Origin: a virus
Virus record (IMG/VR): IMGVR_UViG_3300047469_000395
Coordinates: 6,644 to 70,643 of that record
DNA length: 64,000 nucleotides
Direction: 5' to 3' (one strand)
Within the stretch, counting starts at the first letter, position 1. Every line of letters begins with the position of its first letter. Under the pieces are notes generated by a model. It made no database searches and was not told the origin of the DNA. It saw nothing but the letters and a program-made list of their open reading frames with translations. Made by a program: the position numbers and the translations under genes. This document shows, piece by piece, positions 1-8,751 of this stretch.

Positions 1-7
1 GGGAGGC

Positions 8-706
8 TCATGCTACAATTTCCTTATGAAAACGATAATTGAATTTTTCGATCCGTGGGTCACGCGGCTTTGCGCGATAATCTTTGCCGGAGCTGTGACG
101 ATGGCGGGCTATAACTGGATAGCTTGGTCTGACATGAAAGCGTCCGATTGGGCTGCCTGGGTTCAAGCGGTTGGTGCTATCGCCGCCATCATTGGTGCGT
201 TTCAAATCGCGCAGCGGCAGCACGCCGAAGAGCGCATACTTGACGAACGTCGCCGCATTGAAAGCGCACGAGATCGCGAGAACGCAGACATATTTGCCCG
301 GACTCTGGCGGCGAAAAACATGGTCCAGGTGGCTACCCAGGCGATTGATGCGCTCGACAGCGTGGTGAAGGTCGCGCGTGACCCGACGCTTATTTACGAG
401 ATAGGCGACTATCGGGAGCGTCTGGGTCAACTGCGGGAGTTGATTGACGGCCTGATCACAGCCAGCACTGACCATATTGCCGTTGTCGCCGCGTTGAACC
501 TTTCGCGGTATATGACGCAGACAATCAGCGACACTGCGAATACGGGGGGAGCAATGTCGGAAATGCTTCTGCAGCGCTGTGAGAAGCGTGCTTTGGACGC
601 GACTAACTTCGTAGCCAACCTCTACGGCTTGCAAGCAAGACTGATTAGCCTTTGCGCTGACCGTGAAATCTCGTTGGACGCACGCGATTTTGAATGACAG
701 TGCCAT
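8..706 (-). CDS. Putative 'bridge' ORF spanning the 26..697 gene
   Basis: Starts 3 nt after the RdgC stop; ends AAGGAAATTGTAGC-ATGA, overlapping the ATG (11-9) of a next gene running off the window. Confidence 0.4.
   Translation of the reverse strand: MALSFKIACVQRDFTVSAKANQSCLQAVEVGYEVSRVQSTLLTALQKHFRHCSPRIRSVADCLRHIPRKVQRGDNGNMVSAGCDQAVNQLPQLTQTLPIVAYLVNKRRVTRDLHHAVERINRLGSHLDHVFRRQSPGKYVCVLAISCAFNAATFVKYALFGVLPLRDLKRTNDGGDSTNRLNPGSPIGRFHVRPSYPVIARHRHSSGKDYRAKPRDPRIEKFNYRFHKEIVA
26..697 (+). CDS. Counter-oriented membrane protein (two N-terminal hydrophobic segments + helical domain)
   Basis: 223 aa ORF opposite to the left operon; motif DWAAWVQAVGAIAAI resembles that in 20969..21628. Confidence 0.75.
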   Translation: MKTIIEFFDPWVTRLCAIIFAGAVTMAGYNWIAWSDMKASDWAAWVQAVGAIAAIIGAFQIAQRQHAEERILDERRRIESARDRENADIFARTLAAKNMVQVATQAIDALDSVVKVARDPTLIYEIGDYRERLGQLRELIDGLITASTDHIAVVAALNLSRYMTQTISDTANTGGAMSEMLLQRCEKRALDATNFVANLYGLQARLISLCADREISLDARDFE

Positions 707-709
707 GGA

Positions 710-1927
710 TTAAGTCGCCGCTGCGATTAGCGTTCGATTCCCATTAGATTCCAACGGCCCTACGACTGTACCCTCCATGGCTTCCAGTAACCGCGCCGCG
801 CGGTTGTAACCCACTCTTAGGTGGCGCTGGATCAGCGATATCGAAGCACGCTGGTTGGTGCGCACCACGGTGACGGCCTGGTCGTACAGCGGGTCGCTGG
901 CGCTGCCGTCGGCGGCGGGCTGGTCGTCCAGACCGCGACCATTTACCGTGCGCTGCTCCCGCACTGGCTCGTCGCCTTTGGCTGGTGCCGTAGCGGCCGT
1001 GCGCGATGCCGCCTTCTGTTCGCCCGGCGCATCCATCGTCGCCTCGCCGCCCAGCGCCTCAACCAGGTCGGCCATCAGCTTGGCGAGTTCGCCGGTCATC
1101 AGCATGAAGTCGCCATCGAAGCGCTCGTCGTCGTTGCGAATCGAGCCGCGCGAATCTTCCGTCAGCACGTCCAGCAGCTTCACCGATTTGACGGCCAGGC
1201 TCTCGTCCAGCACGAAGCTGATCTTGCTTTCCCAGGTCATGGCCAGGCGCGTGCACTGCTTGCCGGCCTTGATGTGCTCCGCAACCTCGGCGCCGCCCAG
1301 TGTGTGGCGTTTGTACTGGACCTGCGCCTTGCTCTCGCCAGTGGCGCGAAGGGTAGCATCCTGGTCGACCGTGAAGCCGGGCGGCGCCTCGTCGCTTTGC
1401 AGCCATTCGGTCATCACGCCCACCGGCGAGCGCCGCACCCGCAGGCTTTCCAGCGGCATGCGGTCGACCGCCTTCAGCAGCAGCTTGATCACGTCGTCCG
1501 CCTTGCTCGGGCTGGCCGCGTCCACCACCAGCCAGCCGTTTTTCGGATCGATCCAGGCGAGGGTGGTGCTGGCGATGGAGAACGCGCGCGGCAGCAGTTC
1601 GTCGGCGACGCGCTCCTTCAGTTCCTTCATCGCCTTCTTGCCCGGGGCGAAGCCCTGTGCTTCTTCCATTTCCGCGGCGCGCGCCTTCGTCACCTGGTTG
1701 ATTACGGTGGCCGGCAGCAGCTTCTTCTCGCTCTGCAGCTTGATCAGGTACTGGCCGTTGACGACGTGCACCAGTTGGTCGGCGGCGCGCGGCGGCGCCC
1801 AGCCTTCGCGCAACAGTTCGTTGCTGCTGGCCGGCGCGAACTTGTTCGAGGATAGCGCGCTGGCCAGCGCCTCGGCGGTCATCTGCCAGTTGCGCGGCAG
1901 GCGGTAAATTTGTAAGTTCTTAAACAT
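710..1927 (-). CDS. rdgC: Recombination-associated protein RdgC fused to a C-terminal FtsK gamma (winged-helix) domain
   Basis: N-term MFKNLQIYRL...KKLLPATVI...ELLPRAF typical of RdgC; C-term DPLYDQAV..RASISLIQRHLRVGYNRAARLLEAME is the FtsK-gamma signature. Confidence 0.9.
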   Translation of the reverse strand: MFKNLQIYRLPRNWQMTAEALASALSSNKFAPASSNELLREGWAPPRAADQLVHVVNGQYLIKLQSEKKLLPATVINQVTKARAAEMEEAQGFAPGKKAMKELKERVADELLPRAFSIASTTLAWIDPKNGWLVVDAASPSKADDVIKLLLKAVDRMPLESLRVRRSPVGVMTEWLQSDEAPPGFTVDQDATLRATGESKAQVQYKRHTLGGAEVAEHIKAGKQCTRLAMTWESKISFVLDESLAVKSVKLLDVLTEDSRGSIRNDDERFDGDFMLMTGELAKLMADLVEALGGEATMDAPGEQKAASRTAATAPAKGDEPVREQRTVNGRGLDDQPAADGSASDPLYDQAVTVVRTNQRASISLIQRHLRVGYNRAARLLEAMEGTVVGPLESNGNRTLIAAAT

Positions 1928-1938
1928 CGTTGGTCCTA

Positions 1939-2403
1939 TCAAAAGCCGCGCGGCGGCGCTTCGTGAAACTCGACGCCCATCTGGCCGCCGAACGCGTGAA
2001 TCTGTTCCATGTACTGGGCAAAGCCCTTGACCGTGAGGTCGGTCGAACTACCCACCAGCACCGGCTGGCCGCGCGGGTCGTAGTCCCACTTGCGGTAGGC
2101 CTCGTCCTTGCACAGCTCCGGGTCGAACTCGTCCGGCAGGAACTGCTGCTTGAAGTACTCGTGCCAGATTTCGGCGCTGTACTGCCGCCCGTCGCTCCAG
2201 CACTGCTCGGCGATGTCCTTCAGCGGCCCCGCCCACATGCGCGCGTTCTGGTCCAGCTTCCGTGCCTTGACCTCTTCGCGCACCAGCAGTTCCAGTGGCC
2301 GCTCGGCGTCCAGCGGCACATTGCGGAGCAGGGCGATGGCGCGGTCGACTTGCTCCTGGCCGCGCAGCAGCAATTTGCGCTGCTCGAATTTCTGGCGGGT
2401 CAA
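1939..2403 (-). CDS. NinB/Orf-like recombination protein
   Basis: Motifs LDQNARMW..LKDIAEQ and SSTDLTVKGFAQYMEQIHAFG resemble the NinB family. Confidence 0.7.
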   Translation of the reverse strand: MTRQKFEQRKLLLRGQEQVDRAIALLRNVPLDAERPLELLVREEVKARKLDQNARMWAGPLKDIAEQCWSDGRQYSAEIWHEYFKQQFLPDEFDPELCKDEAYRKWDYDPRGQPVLVGSSTDLTVKGFAQYMEQIHAFGGQMGVEFHEAPPRGF

Positions 2404-2588
2404 GGCGGTGCTCCCGCTGCGATCGACACCGCTACCTTGCCAAACAGCAGCGGCGCCACCGCGCGCGTCTCGTCCAGCGTCAGGCCCTTGATCGTGATCA
2501 GCTCACCGTTCGGGCGTTGCACCGCAGCGCCGAGCGTTCCTTCGTCGTCCAGCTGACCGACTTCAACGAGAGTGCCGACGGCGATCAT
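2400..2588 (-). CDS. Hypothetical phage protein
   Basis: 62 aa; start/stop overlaps with both neighbours. Confidence 0.6.
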   Translation of the reverse strand: MIAVGTLVEVGQLDDEGTLGAAVQRPNGELITIKGLTLDETRAVAPLLFGKVAVSIAAGAPP

Positions 2589-2830
2589 TCGACATCCGAA
2601 ACCAGCGCCCAGCCGGTTGCGCCTTTGTGCATGCGGCGGATAGATAAGCGTGAGGCATACGGCTTGCCGTTCGATTTCGTCACGCCGTTGGTGGTGACGA
2701 AGGCGCCGCCATCGACTACGCGATCGACGGTCACAGTGCGTTTACCGCCATTGGTGCGCTTATCGAGATCCTTCCAGACCTGACCTGGCTTTACGGCGAT
2801 GCCTTCCTTCGTGACGTTGGAGTTGCTCAT
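2585..2830 (-). CDS. Hypothetical phage protein (SH3-like, VKPGQVWKDLDKR)
   Basis: 81 aa; ATGA-coupled. Confidence 0.65.
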   Translation of the reverse strand: MSNSNVTKEGIAVKPGQVWKDLDKRTNGGKRTVTVDRVVDGGAFVTTNGVTKSNGKPYASRLSIRRMHKGATGWALVSDVE

Positions 2831-3063
2831 GCGGTCTCCGCCTTCACCGGCTTCACGCGATCCAGCAGGTAGCAGCCGCTGATGCCCTTGAGCCAGATCA
2901 CCGCGCTGTGGCCGCTCAGCACCTGCGCCTCGCTGGTGGTGATCGTCTCGCGAGTCTCGCCGCTGTCAAGGCGCACGGTGACGGCGGCGCCGACTTGGTG
3001 CGCGGCGTTGAACTTGTCGCAGGTCGCCTGCAGCTGGGCGGCCGATGGCGGGCGGCGGTTCAC
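2827..3063 (-). CDS. Hypothetical phage protein
   Basis: 78 aa; coupled overlaps. Confidence 0.65.
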   Translation of the reverse strand: MNRRPPSAAQLQATCDKFNAAHQVGAAVTVRLDSGETRETITTSEAQVLSGHSAVIWLKGISGCYLLDRVKPVKAETA

Positions 3064-3614
3064 GCTGCTTGCTCCTGCGGCTGGTCCGCTGCGGCCTCGG
3101 CGGCCGGCGCCGGCGTCGGCACGCCCATGTTCTGGTACGGGTGCTTCTCGGCGTGCGGCTTGATGTGCTGCTTGAAGTGGCGGCCGATCGATTCCGCGCC
3201 AGCAAAAGCGGTATATTCCTCGGCGGTGAAGTTGCCGTAGTGGTAGACGTTGCCCGGAGCGCCCTTGTGGAAGAACTGGATGGCCAGGGTCTGGCTGGCG
3301 GCGTCGTGGCCGATCGCGGCGATCTGGCTGGAAGCGACTTTCATCAGCGGTATGGAATTTGCGGTGTGCACAGTTCGCTGCCCGGACGATTCGCTGCTGA
3401 TTGACGCGTTGTGGTGATTCACTATTTCGGATACGGCGACATGTGTCGCCTCATCGCCGCCCACGTAGGCGATCAATTCGCCAGTGGAGTCATGCACGAT
3501 TGCCGAGCCTTTTTCAGGATCGGAGCCATTCCAACGCTCGCGCAGTTTAACGTTCGCCAGCGTTGGGTTGCCGGCCACAATCGCGGAAATCTCTGCTATT
3601 TGGATGTGTTGCAT
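3060..3614 (-). CDS. KTSC domain-containing protein
   Basis: C-term VASSQIAAIGHD...LAIQF...YHY.N...Y.AF..AESIGRHFKQHIK matches the KTSC consensus. Confidence 0.8.
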   Translation of the reverse strand: MQHIQIAEISAIVAGNPTLANVKLRERWNGSDPEKGSAIVHDSTGELIAYVGGDEATHVAVSEIVNHHNASISSESSGQRTVHTANSIPLMKVASSQIAAIGHDAASQTLAIQFFHKGAPGNVYHYGNFTAEEYTAFAGAESIGRHFKQHIKPHAEKHPYQNMGVPTPAPAAEAAADQPQEQAA

Positions 3615-3637
3615 TTAGTGCTCCTGGTGGTTGATGG

Positions 3638-5527
3638 TTATGCTGCGAATTTGGCTTGTGCCGCGCCGATGTGGCGCATCATGGCTGCGCACATGCGCGG
3701 GAAATCGGCATCGTGGTACAGCTTGGATGCGCGGTCGGTAGCGGCCGGCTCGAAACCCAGGGCGCGCAAGCCGTCGACGGTGATGGCCATCGGCGCGATG
3801 CGCTCGTTGATCTGGCCCAGCTTGAGCGTTGGCGGCGCGTCCGGCGCGGCGGCAGGCGTGCTGAACAGGTCGCCAACAGGGCCAGGCGCAGCTGCCGCAG
3901 CCTGCGCGTCTGCCAAGTCGGTCAGGCGCGCCTGGTCGGCGAGCGCGGTGGCTTGGGCGATTGCAGCGGCGGCGGTGGTCGGACGCTCGGTCTGGGCGGC
4001 CTGCTGCGTACGTTGCTCGTCAGCTTGGCGCTGCGCGGCGAGATGCGCAGCCTGCGCTTCGAGTTGGCGTTTCGTTTCGGCGGCGACACGTGCCTGTTCG
4101 GTGGCTTGGCGGTCGGCATCCGCTTTGCGCTCGGCGGCCAGCTTCTCAGCGGCGGCGGTCTCGGCCTTCGCGCGCTCTTGCTCTTCGATCTGCTTGCGCA
4201 GCGCTTCGGCTTTGGCCAGCTCTTCGGCTTTTTTCTTCTCGATGCGGGTGTTCGCCACCAGCTGGAAATCTTCCTGCGCCTTGCCAATGAGCTGTTGCAG
4301 GTCCGCGAACAGGCCAGCATGTTCGCCCACATTGGCGTTGTACCAGGTAAGTTTCGCGCGCAGTTCGGTCGCGGTCTGGCTGGTGGCGACCTTGCCGCTG
4401 GCCAGCGCCGCGTCTACCGCATCCTGCAAGCCCTTGATGGTGCGCTTGCCCTTCGCGGCGCCAGCGAAATCCGGCACCTGGTGTGCCAGGCGAATCGGGG
4501 CGATCTCCGTTTCGAGTTGAGCGACGTGGGCCTCGAAGTTGCGCTTGCCTTCGTTGATGATCGTTTCTTTGCGGTTCAGCTTCTCGTTGTCGATCAGCTT
4601 GGACAGCGTCAACCGGCGCGCGCGGATCATTTCTTTCACCTGGTCGGCGACGCGTAGCACATCATCCACGGTGGCCATCTGCGCGGTGGCGGCCGTCTTG
4701 GCGTGCTCGATGTCGCGCTCGGCCTTTTCGCAGTCCTTCACGGCCTGGTCGGCGTCGATAAAGTCCTCGTCGGTTTCCAGTGTCGTCTTGATCCCGGCCA
4801 GGAACAACTCGGCGGCCGCCTTAAATGCCGGCAGGTTGCTTTGTGTGACCTCGCCGCGCGTCTGGATGACCAGAGCAGGCAGGGTGATCGCCGGCGCGGC
4901 GACGTGCGTCACTTCCGATGCCGCCGGCGTGTAGCTCGCCACGTCCGCGTGGAACTGCTCCCAACCGCCGATGATTTGCTGGCGCAGCACCAGGTCAGGC
5001 TCGTACCAGAAGTGCTTCTCCTCAACCAGGTTGTCATAGGCATCCCAGCGGGTGGCCGAGAACAGCGCGCGCTCGGCGCTGACGATGTGGAGTTGCTGCT
5101 CCATCTGAACTCGGTACACCAGCGGCAGGCCGGCAGCGCTGTCGCAGGCGCGTATGTCGTTGTTGAGGGATTTGTGCTCCCACACAACCGTTTCGCACAT
5201 GGTCAGCCCGTCGAAGGACGCCGACAGCCGGCCCAGCGACGCGATGACCGGGTAGAGCTCCATGCCGATGATCTTTTCGGCCAGTGGGCGCGCAAGCGCC
5301 TCGTAGCGGTGGCCATCATCGAACAGCTTCTGGGTCCGCGCGTCGACTTCGGGCGAAATGCCGCTGGCGCACTGGCGGATCAGATCAGAGCGCGTCTTGT
5401 ACGGCGAGCACGACATCATGGCCGGCGCGTCGCTGGCGTTGTCGTGTTCGACGCGGTAGGCGTCCCACTCCGGGGTGCCTTGCACCAGTTCGTGGATTTC
5501 GCGGTGAATGTTTGGGTCGCGTTGCAT
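3638..5527 (-). CDS. YqaJ/lambda-exonuclease family nuclease with long coiled-coil C-terminus
   Basis: QGTPEW..YR, ASDAPAMM, GHRYE, LSASFDGL, WEHK, QMEQQL motifs; Ala/Glu/Lys-rich tail. Confidence 0.85.
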   Translation of the reverse strand: MQRDPNIHREIHELVQGTPEWDAYRVEHDNASDAPAMMSCSPYKTRSDLIRQCASGISPEVDARTQKLFDDGHRYEALARPLAEKIIGMELYPVIASLGRLSASFDGLTMCETVVWEHKSLNNDIRACDSAAGLPLVYRVQMEQQLHIVSAERALFSATRWDAYDNLVEEKHFWYEPDLVLRQQIIGGWEQFHADVASYTPAASEVTHVAAPAITLPALVIQTRGEVTQSNLPAFKAAAELFLAGIKTTLETDEDFIDADQAVKDCEKAERDIEHAKTAATAQMATVDDVLRVADQVKEMIRARRLTLSKLIDNEKLNRKETIINEGKRNFEAHVAQLETEIAPIRLAHQVPDFAGAAKGKRTIKGLQDAVDAALASGKVATSQTATELRAKLTWYNANVGEHAGLFADLQQLIGKAQEDFQLVANTRIEKKKAEELAKAEALRKQIEEQERAKAETAAAEKLAAERKADADRQATEQARVAAETKRQLEAQAAHLAAQRQADEQRTQQAAQTERPTTAAAAIAQATALADQARLTDLADAQAAAAAPGPVGDLFSTPAAAPDAPPTLKLGQINERIAPMAITVDGLRALGFEPAATDRASKLYHDADFPRMCAAMMRHIGAAQAKFAA

Positions 5528-5563
5528 CGTGATTCCTTCGTAATGGTTGTGCGCGGGCTGGAC

Positions 5564-6403
5564 TTATTTGGCCCAGGAGTTGATGGTTTTTTGCTGGTCC
5601 TCGGTCAGCGTCGCCTTCGTGTTGAGAAAGCGGATCATGGCGGCCGGGGTTTTCTTGCCTTCCTCAACCATCCGCCTCCACTCGGCGGAGTTCGCGGCAA
5701 AGCGCTCTGCGCTGTACTCAGGAAGACTGTTCTTTTGTGCGCCCGCGCCGCGACCACTGGGTTGCTCGGTCGCTCCGGCGTCTTGGCGGGCCGCGCCGCC
5801 GCGACCGTCATCATCAAGTTGCTCATTTGTGGCGAGGCCGCAAGCTGCCAACAGGGTGTAGCGCTGCAAGTAAGTGATGGTCGACGCGATCTGTTGGATC
5901 GCATTTTTTTTGCCGGAGGCGTCCGGCGGCGCCTGCATGCGTGTTACTTCCGAGTGCCCCATGGAATGCGTGATCGTGCAGGTGACCGATACCATGCCGC
6001 TTGCCGGCTGTTCGGTGTCCCAGCGGTGCGAGAAGCCTTGCTTCCCCAGTCCTTCGACGATTGCGCCGCACACGCTGCCCAGAGTTGCATGCATGTAGCT
6101 CGTGTTGCTGCCATCGCGGCCATCGAAGCTGACAAACTTGTCCTTCACGATCTGCGGTGGATTGCGCTTGAACTCTGCCATGGCCGCGACGTAGGCCTTA
6201 CGGGCCTGATTCGCCTCCAGGCGCTCTTGCAGTTCAATGAAAGTGCGCAGTTCTTCCATCGAGGCGCCGCGCGCAGCCGCGTGGGCGACCAGCTCAAATG
6301 GGGTGGTCGGCACGACGGCCAAAGGCTGTGTTGCCGGCACCGCCACGGCGCGCGGTTCGGCCGCCTGCCGCTCCATTTCCAGTACGTCGTTCATTTGACC
6401 CAT
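5564..6403 (-). CDS. ERF-family single-strand annealing protein
   Basis: H.MGHSE, KNAIQQIASTITYLQRYTL, DDDG motifs; adjacent to the exonuclease (start could be 6394). Confidence 0.85.
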   Translation of the reverse strand: MGQMNDVLEMERQAAEPRAVAVPATQPLAVVPTTPFELVAHAAARGASMEELRTFIELQERLEANQARKAYVAAMAEFKRNPPQIVKDKFVSFDGRDGSNTSYMHATLGSVCGAIVEGLGKQGFSHRWDTEQPASGMVSVTCTITHSMGHSEVTRMQAPPDASGKKNAIQQIASTITYLQRYTLLAACGLATNEQLDDDGRGGAARQDAGATEQPSGRGAGAQKNSLPEYSAERFAANSAEWRRMVEEGKKTPAAMIRFLNTKATLTEDQQKTINSWAK

Positions 6404-6528
6404 TTTGTTCTCCGGTTCAATTTATTGACTTCGTTATTCAGCAGCGCCAGGCGCAGCGCGTGTGCTGGACGGTGGCCGGCGCGCAGGTTGCACAGCGCCT
6501 GGCCGGCGATGTGGGCGAGGGCGGTCAT
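6391..6528 (-). CDS. Small hypothetical protein (45 aa)
   Basis: Read from sequence: MTALAHIAGQ...; ATGA overlaps at both ends. Confidence 0.45.
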   Translation of the reverse strand: MTALAHIAGQALCNLRAGHRPAHALRLALLNNEVNKLNRRTKWVK

Positions 6529-6659
6529 TTGTCCGCTTTCCCGCAAAAAACCGCCTGGTCGCGCAGCGCGGACTCTTCATCGGAGTGCTGCATGTAGGCG
6601 TAGGCCGAGCCGATCAGCATGCCCAGCAAGGCGATGGTCAGGGCGTCACGCAGCTTCAC
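6525..6659 (-). CDS. Small membrane peptide (44 aa)
   Basis: GTG start after GGAGG; MKLRDALTIALLGMLIGSAYAY...; stop overlaps next ATG. Confidence 0.55.
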   Translation of the reverse strand: MKLRDALTIALLGMLIGSAYAYMQHSDEESALRDQAVFCGKADK

Positions 6660-6915
6660 GGCGAACCTCCTGGCGGGCGGCATACATCGCCATGATTCGG
6701 TCGCGCTTCAACTGGATCGCAGCTTGCAACTGCTCGCGGCGCCGAGGTGCCGGGATTCCAAGGCCTTCCATCGCGATCTCGTACACGCGCAGTTCGTGAT
6801 CACTCATGCGGGAGTTGTCGGCGAACAGCGTCATGATTCGGCGGCAAGCGACTTCCGCCTGTGAAGGCTCTGCGCCGAACAGCTGGGCCAGCAGGCCGCG
6901 CTCGTTCGCACTCAC
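6646..6915 (-). CDS. Hypothetical phage protein
   Basis: 89 aa, operonic. Confidence 0.6.
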   Translation of the reverse strand: MSANERGLLAQLFGAEPSQAEVACRRIMTLFADNSRMSDHELRVYEIAMEGLGIPAPRRREQLQAAIQLKRDRIMAMYAARQEVRREAA

Positions 6916-7268
6916 TGGCGCACCATGATCGTCACGCCCATCGCGCCGCCGTCGTAGGCTGCAGCTTCCAGCGCGCGAGCATCGCCGATAGCGGTGTAGG
7001 TGCGTCCGCGGTCGCGCTCATCCTTCACGGTGATCAGGTAGGTCAGGCCGAATTCGCGCGCGGCCATCTGCGGCGCCACGCTGTTGCGCGCGCGGCCGTG
7101 GATCGGGTAGCGGCTGATGTGGCTGCCGGCCGGTGCTGCCTCTGGCGCATCCAGGCTGCCGTTCATCAGCGATTCAGTCAGGCCCGAGTCCTGGTAGGCG
7201 AAGGCGAGGGCGGCGAACACGGCGAGGCGCGATTGGCGACCGGCGGTGGTGTGGGTGGTGGTGCTCAT
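6912..7268 (-). CDS. Hypothetical phage protein
   Basis: Start MSTTTH after GGAG; coupled to next gene. Confidence 0.6.
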   Translation of the reverse strand: MSTTTHTTAGRQSRLAVFAALAFAYQDSGLTESLMNGSLDAPEAAPAGSHISRYPIHGRARNSVAPQMAAREFGLTYLITVKDERDRGRTYTAIGDARALEAAAYDGGAMGVTIMVRQ

Positions 7269-7562
7269 GACGTTCTCCGTGTTTGCTTCGTTGTTGGAGA
7301 CCGCGTGACGCCGGTCGCTGCGTGTGGTGGTCTTCGGTACTGGTGGGGTGCGCCGTCGGCGCTTTGGCTCGATGGCACACCAGCGGTTTTCCCTACTTTC
7401 ACCACATAGCCAGCCCCTGGAGTCCCTCGCCGTGTCTCGGCCTACGCTTTCGCCTTCGCGCAAGCCGTTGGTAGGCTTACGAGGGCAAGGGCTGGGTATG
7501 TGGTTCCTGCGCGCGCCTGGCGCAGGTCAGGTGCGCGGCCGTGCTGCTGGCCGCGCCGGCGA

Positions 7563-7736
7563 TCAGGCCGCAGTCACCTGCGATGGGCGATACTTCTTGG
7601 TCACGCCGTCGCCGTGGTCGACTTCCAGAAACACGCCCTTGGCTGCGGGATGCTCGGCGACGAACTTGCCTTCGGTGACCTTGCCGCTCTTCGCGCTGCG
7701 TGCCTTCACTGCCGCGCCTTTTTTGAATGCCGCCAT
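7563..7736 (-). CDS. Small basic SH3/KOW-like hypothetical protein
   Basis: MAAFKKGAAVK... after AAGGAAG RBS. Confidence 0.7.
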   Translation of the reverse strand: MAAFKKGAAVKARSAKSGKVTEGKFVAEHPAAKGVFLEVDHGDGVTKKYRPSQVTAA

Positions 7737-7893
7737 GTGATACTTCCTTTCGTTGGTTGGTGCCGCGCTTGCCCGGGATGGGCCGACCGCGCGGCGAAGT
7801 CGAGGCATTTCAGGTCCCACTGGGCGCATTTCTATCGCCTGGCCAACGGCTATCGCTGCGTTGTACTCCGGGGCAGCGCGCTCCGGATTCGGA

Positions 7894-8256
7894 TCAAGGT
7901 GGCTCGGAACCGCAGCTGCGCTCCCACATGCGGCGCTCGGCGCGCGCTTCCTGCTGCGATACCAGGCCCATGGCGTGCGCACTCGGCAGCATGCGGTCGC
8001 ACCAGTCGCTCATTTCGCGTAGCACGTCGCGGGCATAGGTCACGCCGATGTCGATCCTGTCTTGCGCGCTGCTGACGCCGACGTGTTCGACTTCGTAGCC
8101 CGCAGCATCCAACGCGCCATACAGGTCAACCCACAGGCCGTCGTGTTCGTAGCCGTGGCACAGCAGGCGCGCCGTGGGTGGGATCAGCGGCTGCACGCGC
8201 GCCGCCGGCACGTTGGCGCGCAGCTGAAGCAGGGCGGCGGAGATCGGGGCGTTCAC
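7894..8256 (-). CDS. Hypothetical phage protein
   Basis: 120 aa, operonic. Confidence 0.6.
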   Translation of the reverse strand: MNAPISAALLQLRANVPAARVQPLIPPTARLLCHGYEHDGLWVDLYGALDAAGYEVEHVGVSSAQDRIDIGVTYARDVLREMSDWCDRMLPSAHAMGLVSQQEARAERRMWERSCGSEPP

Positions 8257-8259
8257 GGA

Positions 8260-8367
8260 TTAACCCAGCGTCGCCGGCGCGGCCGCGGTGCTGAAGTCGA
8301 AGGAAGGAACAACGTCGCCAGCAGCGGCTGCTGCGTCGGAAAGGGCTTTCAGTTCGGCTTGGGACAT
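8260..8367 (-). CDS. First PL gene, small peptide (MSQAELKALSDAAAAG...)
   Basis: GGAG RBS, directly downstream of the putative PL; below ORF-track cutoff. Confidence 0.5.
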   Translation of the reverse strand: MSQAELKALSDAAAAAGDVVPSFDFSTAAAPATLG

Positions 8368-8403
8368 TTCGTTCTCCATCGGATTTGGTGCGTCGATGGA
8401 GTA

Positions 8404-8469
8404 ATAATAGCAAAGCTATTTTATAGATGCAATAGCGGTGCTATTAAATAATTGTGTAGCGTTGCTATT
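8404..8469 (-). promoter_or_regulatory. PL promoter with three OL operators
   Basis: Palindromes AATAGC-N3-GCTATT at 8406-8420 and 8431-8445, variant at 8455-8469; minus strand TTGCAT-17-TATTAT. Confidence 0.85.
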
Positions 8470-8493
8470 TGTTGAAAAATTGCTTCGTTGCGA

Positions 8494-8617
8494 TTAGAAG
8501 GGTAGTTCGCACGGCTCATCCGGCAGCACCGCCGGCCGCCAGTCGATCTCATCCGTATTGATGTCCTTGATGTGGTGTCGAAGTGCGCGAAGCTGCGCGA
8601 GGCAACGCCGATGCGCG
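8494..8617 (-). pseudogene. 3' remnant of a thrice-repeated small gene (copy 1)
   Basis: Encodes RIGVASRSFAHFD, then frameshifted IKDINTDEIDWRP..ELPF*; 34/40 nt identical to 9855-9894. Confidence 0.7.
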
Positions 8618-8751
8618 TTGCAACATTGAGAAGTTGGAGCCCGGCGATTTGGGGCGCCTCAATATGCCGATGCGTGAGAATTGGATAGATTTGTTGATTT
8701 TTGGAAATTTATAATGGGGTGTTAATATTTCCAAAGATTAAAGGAGCGGAT

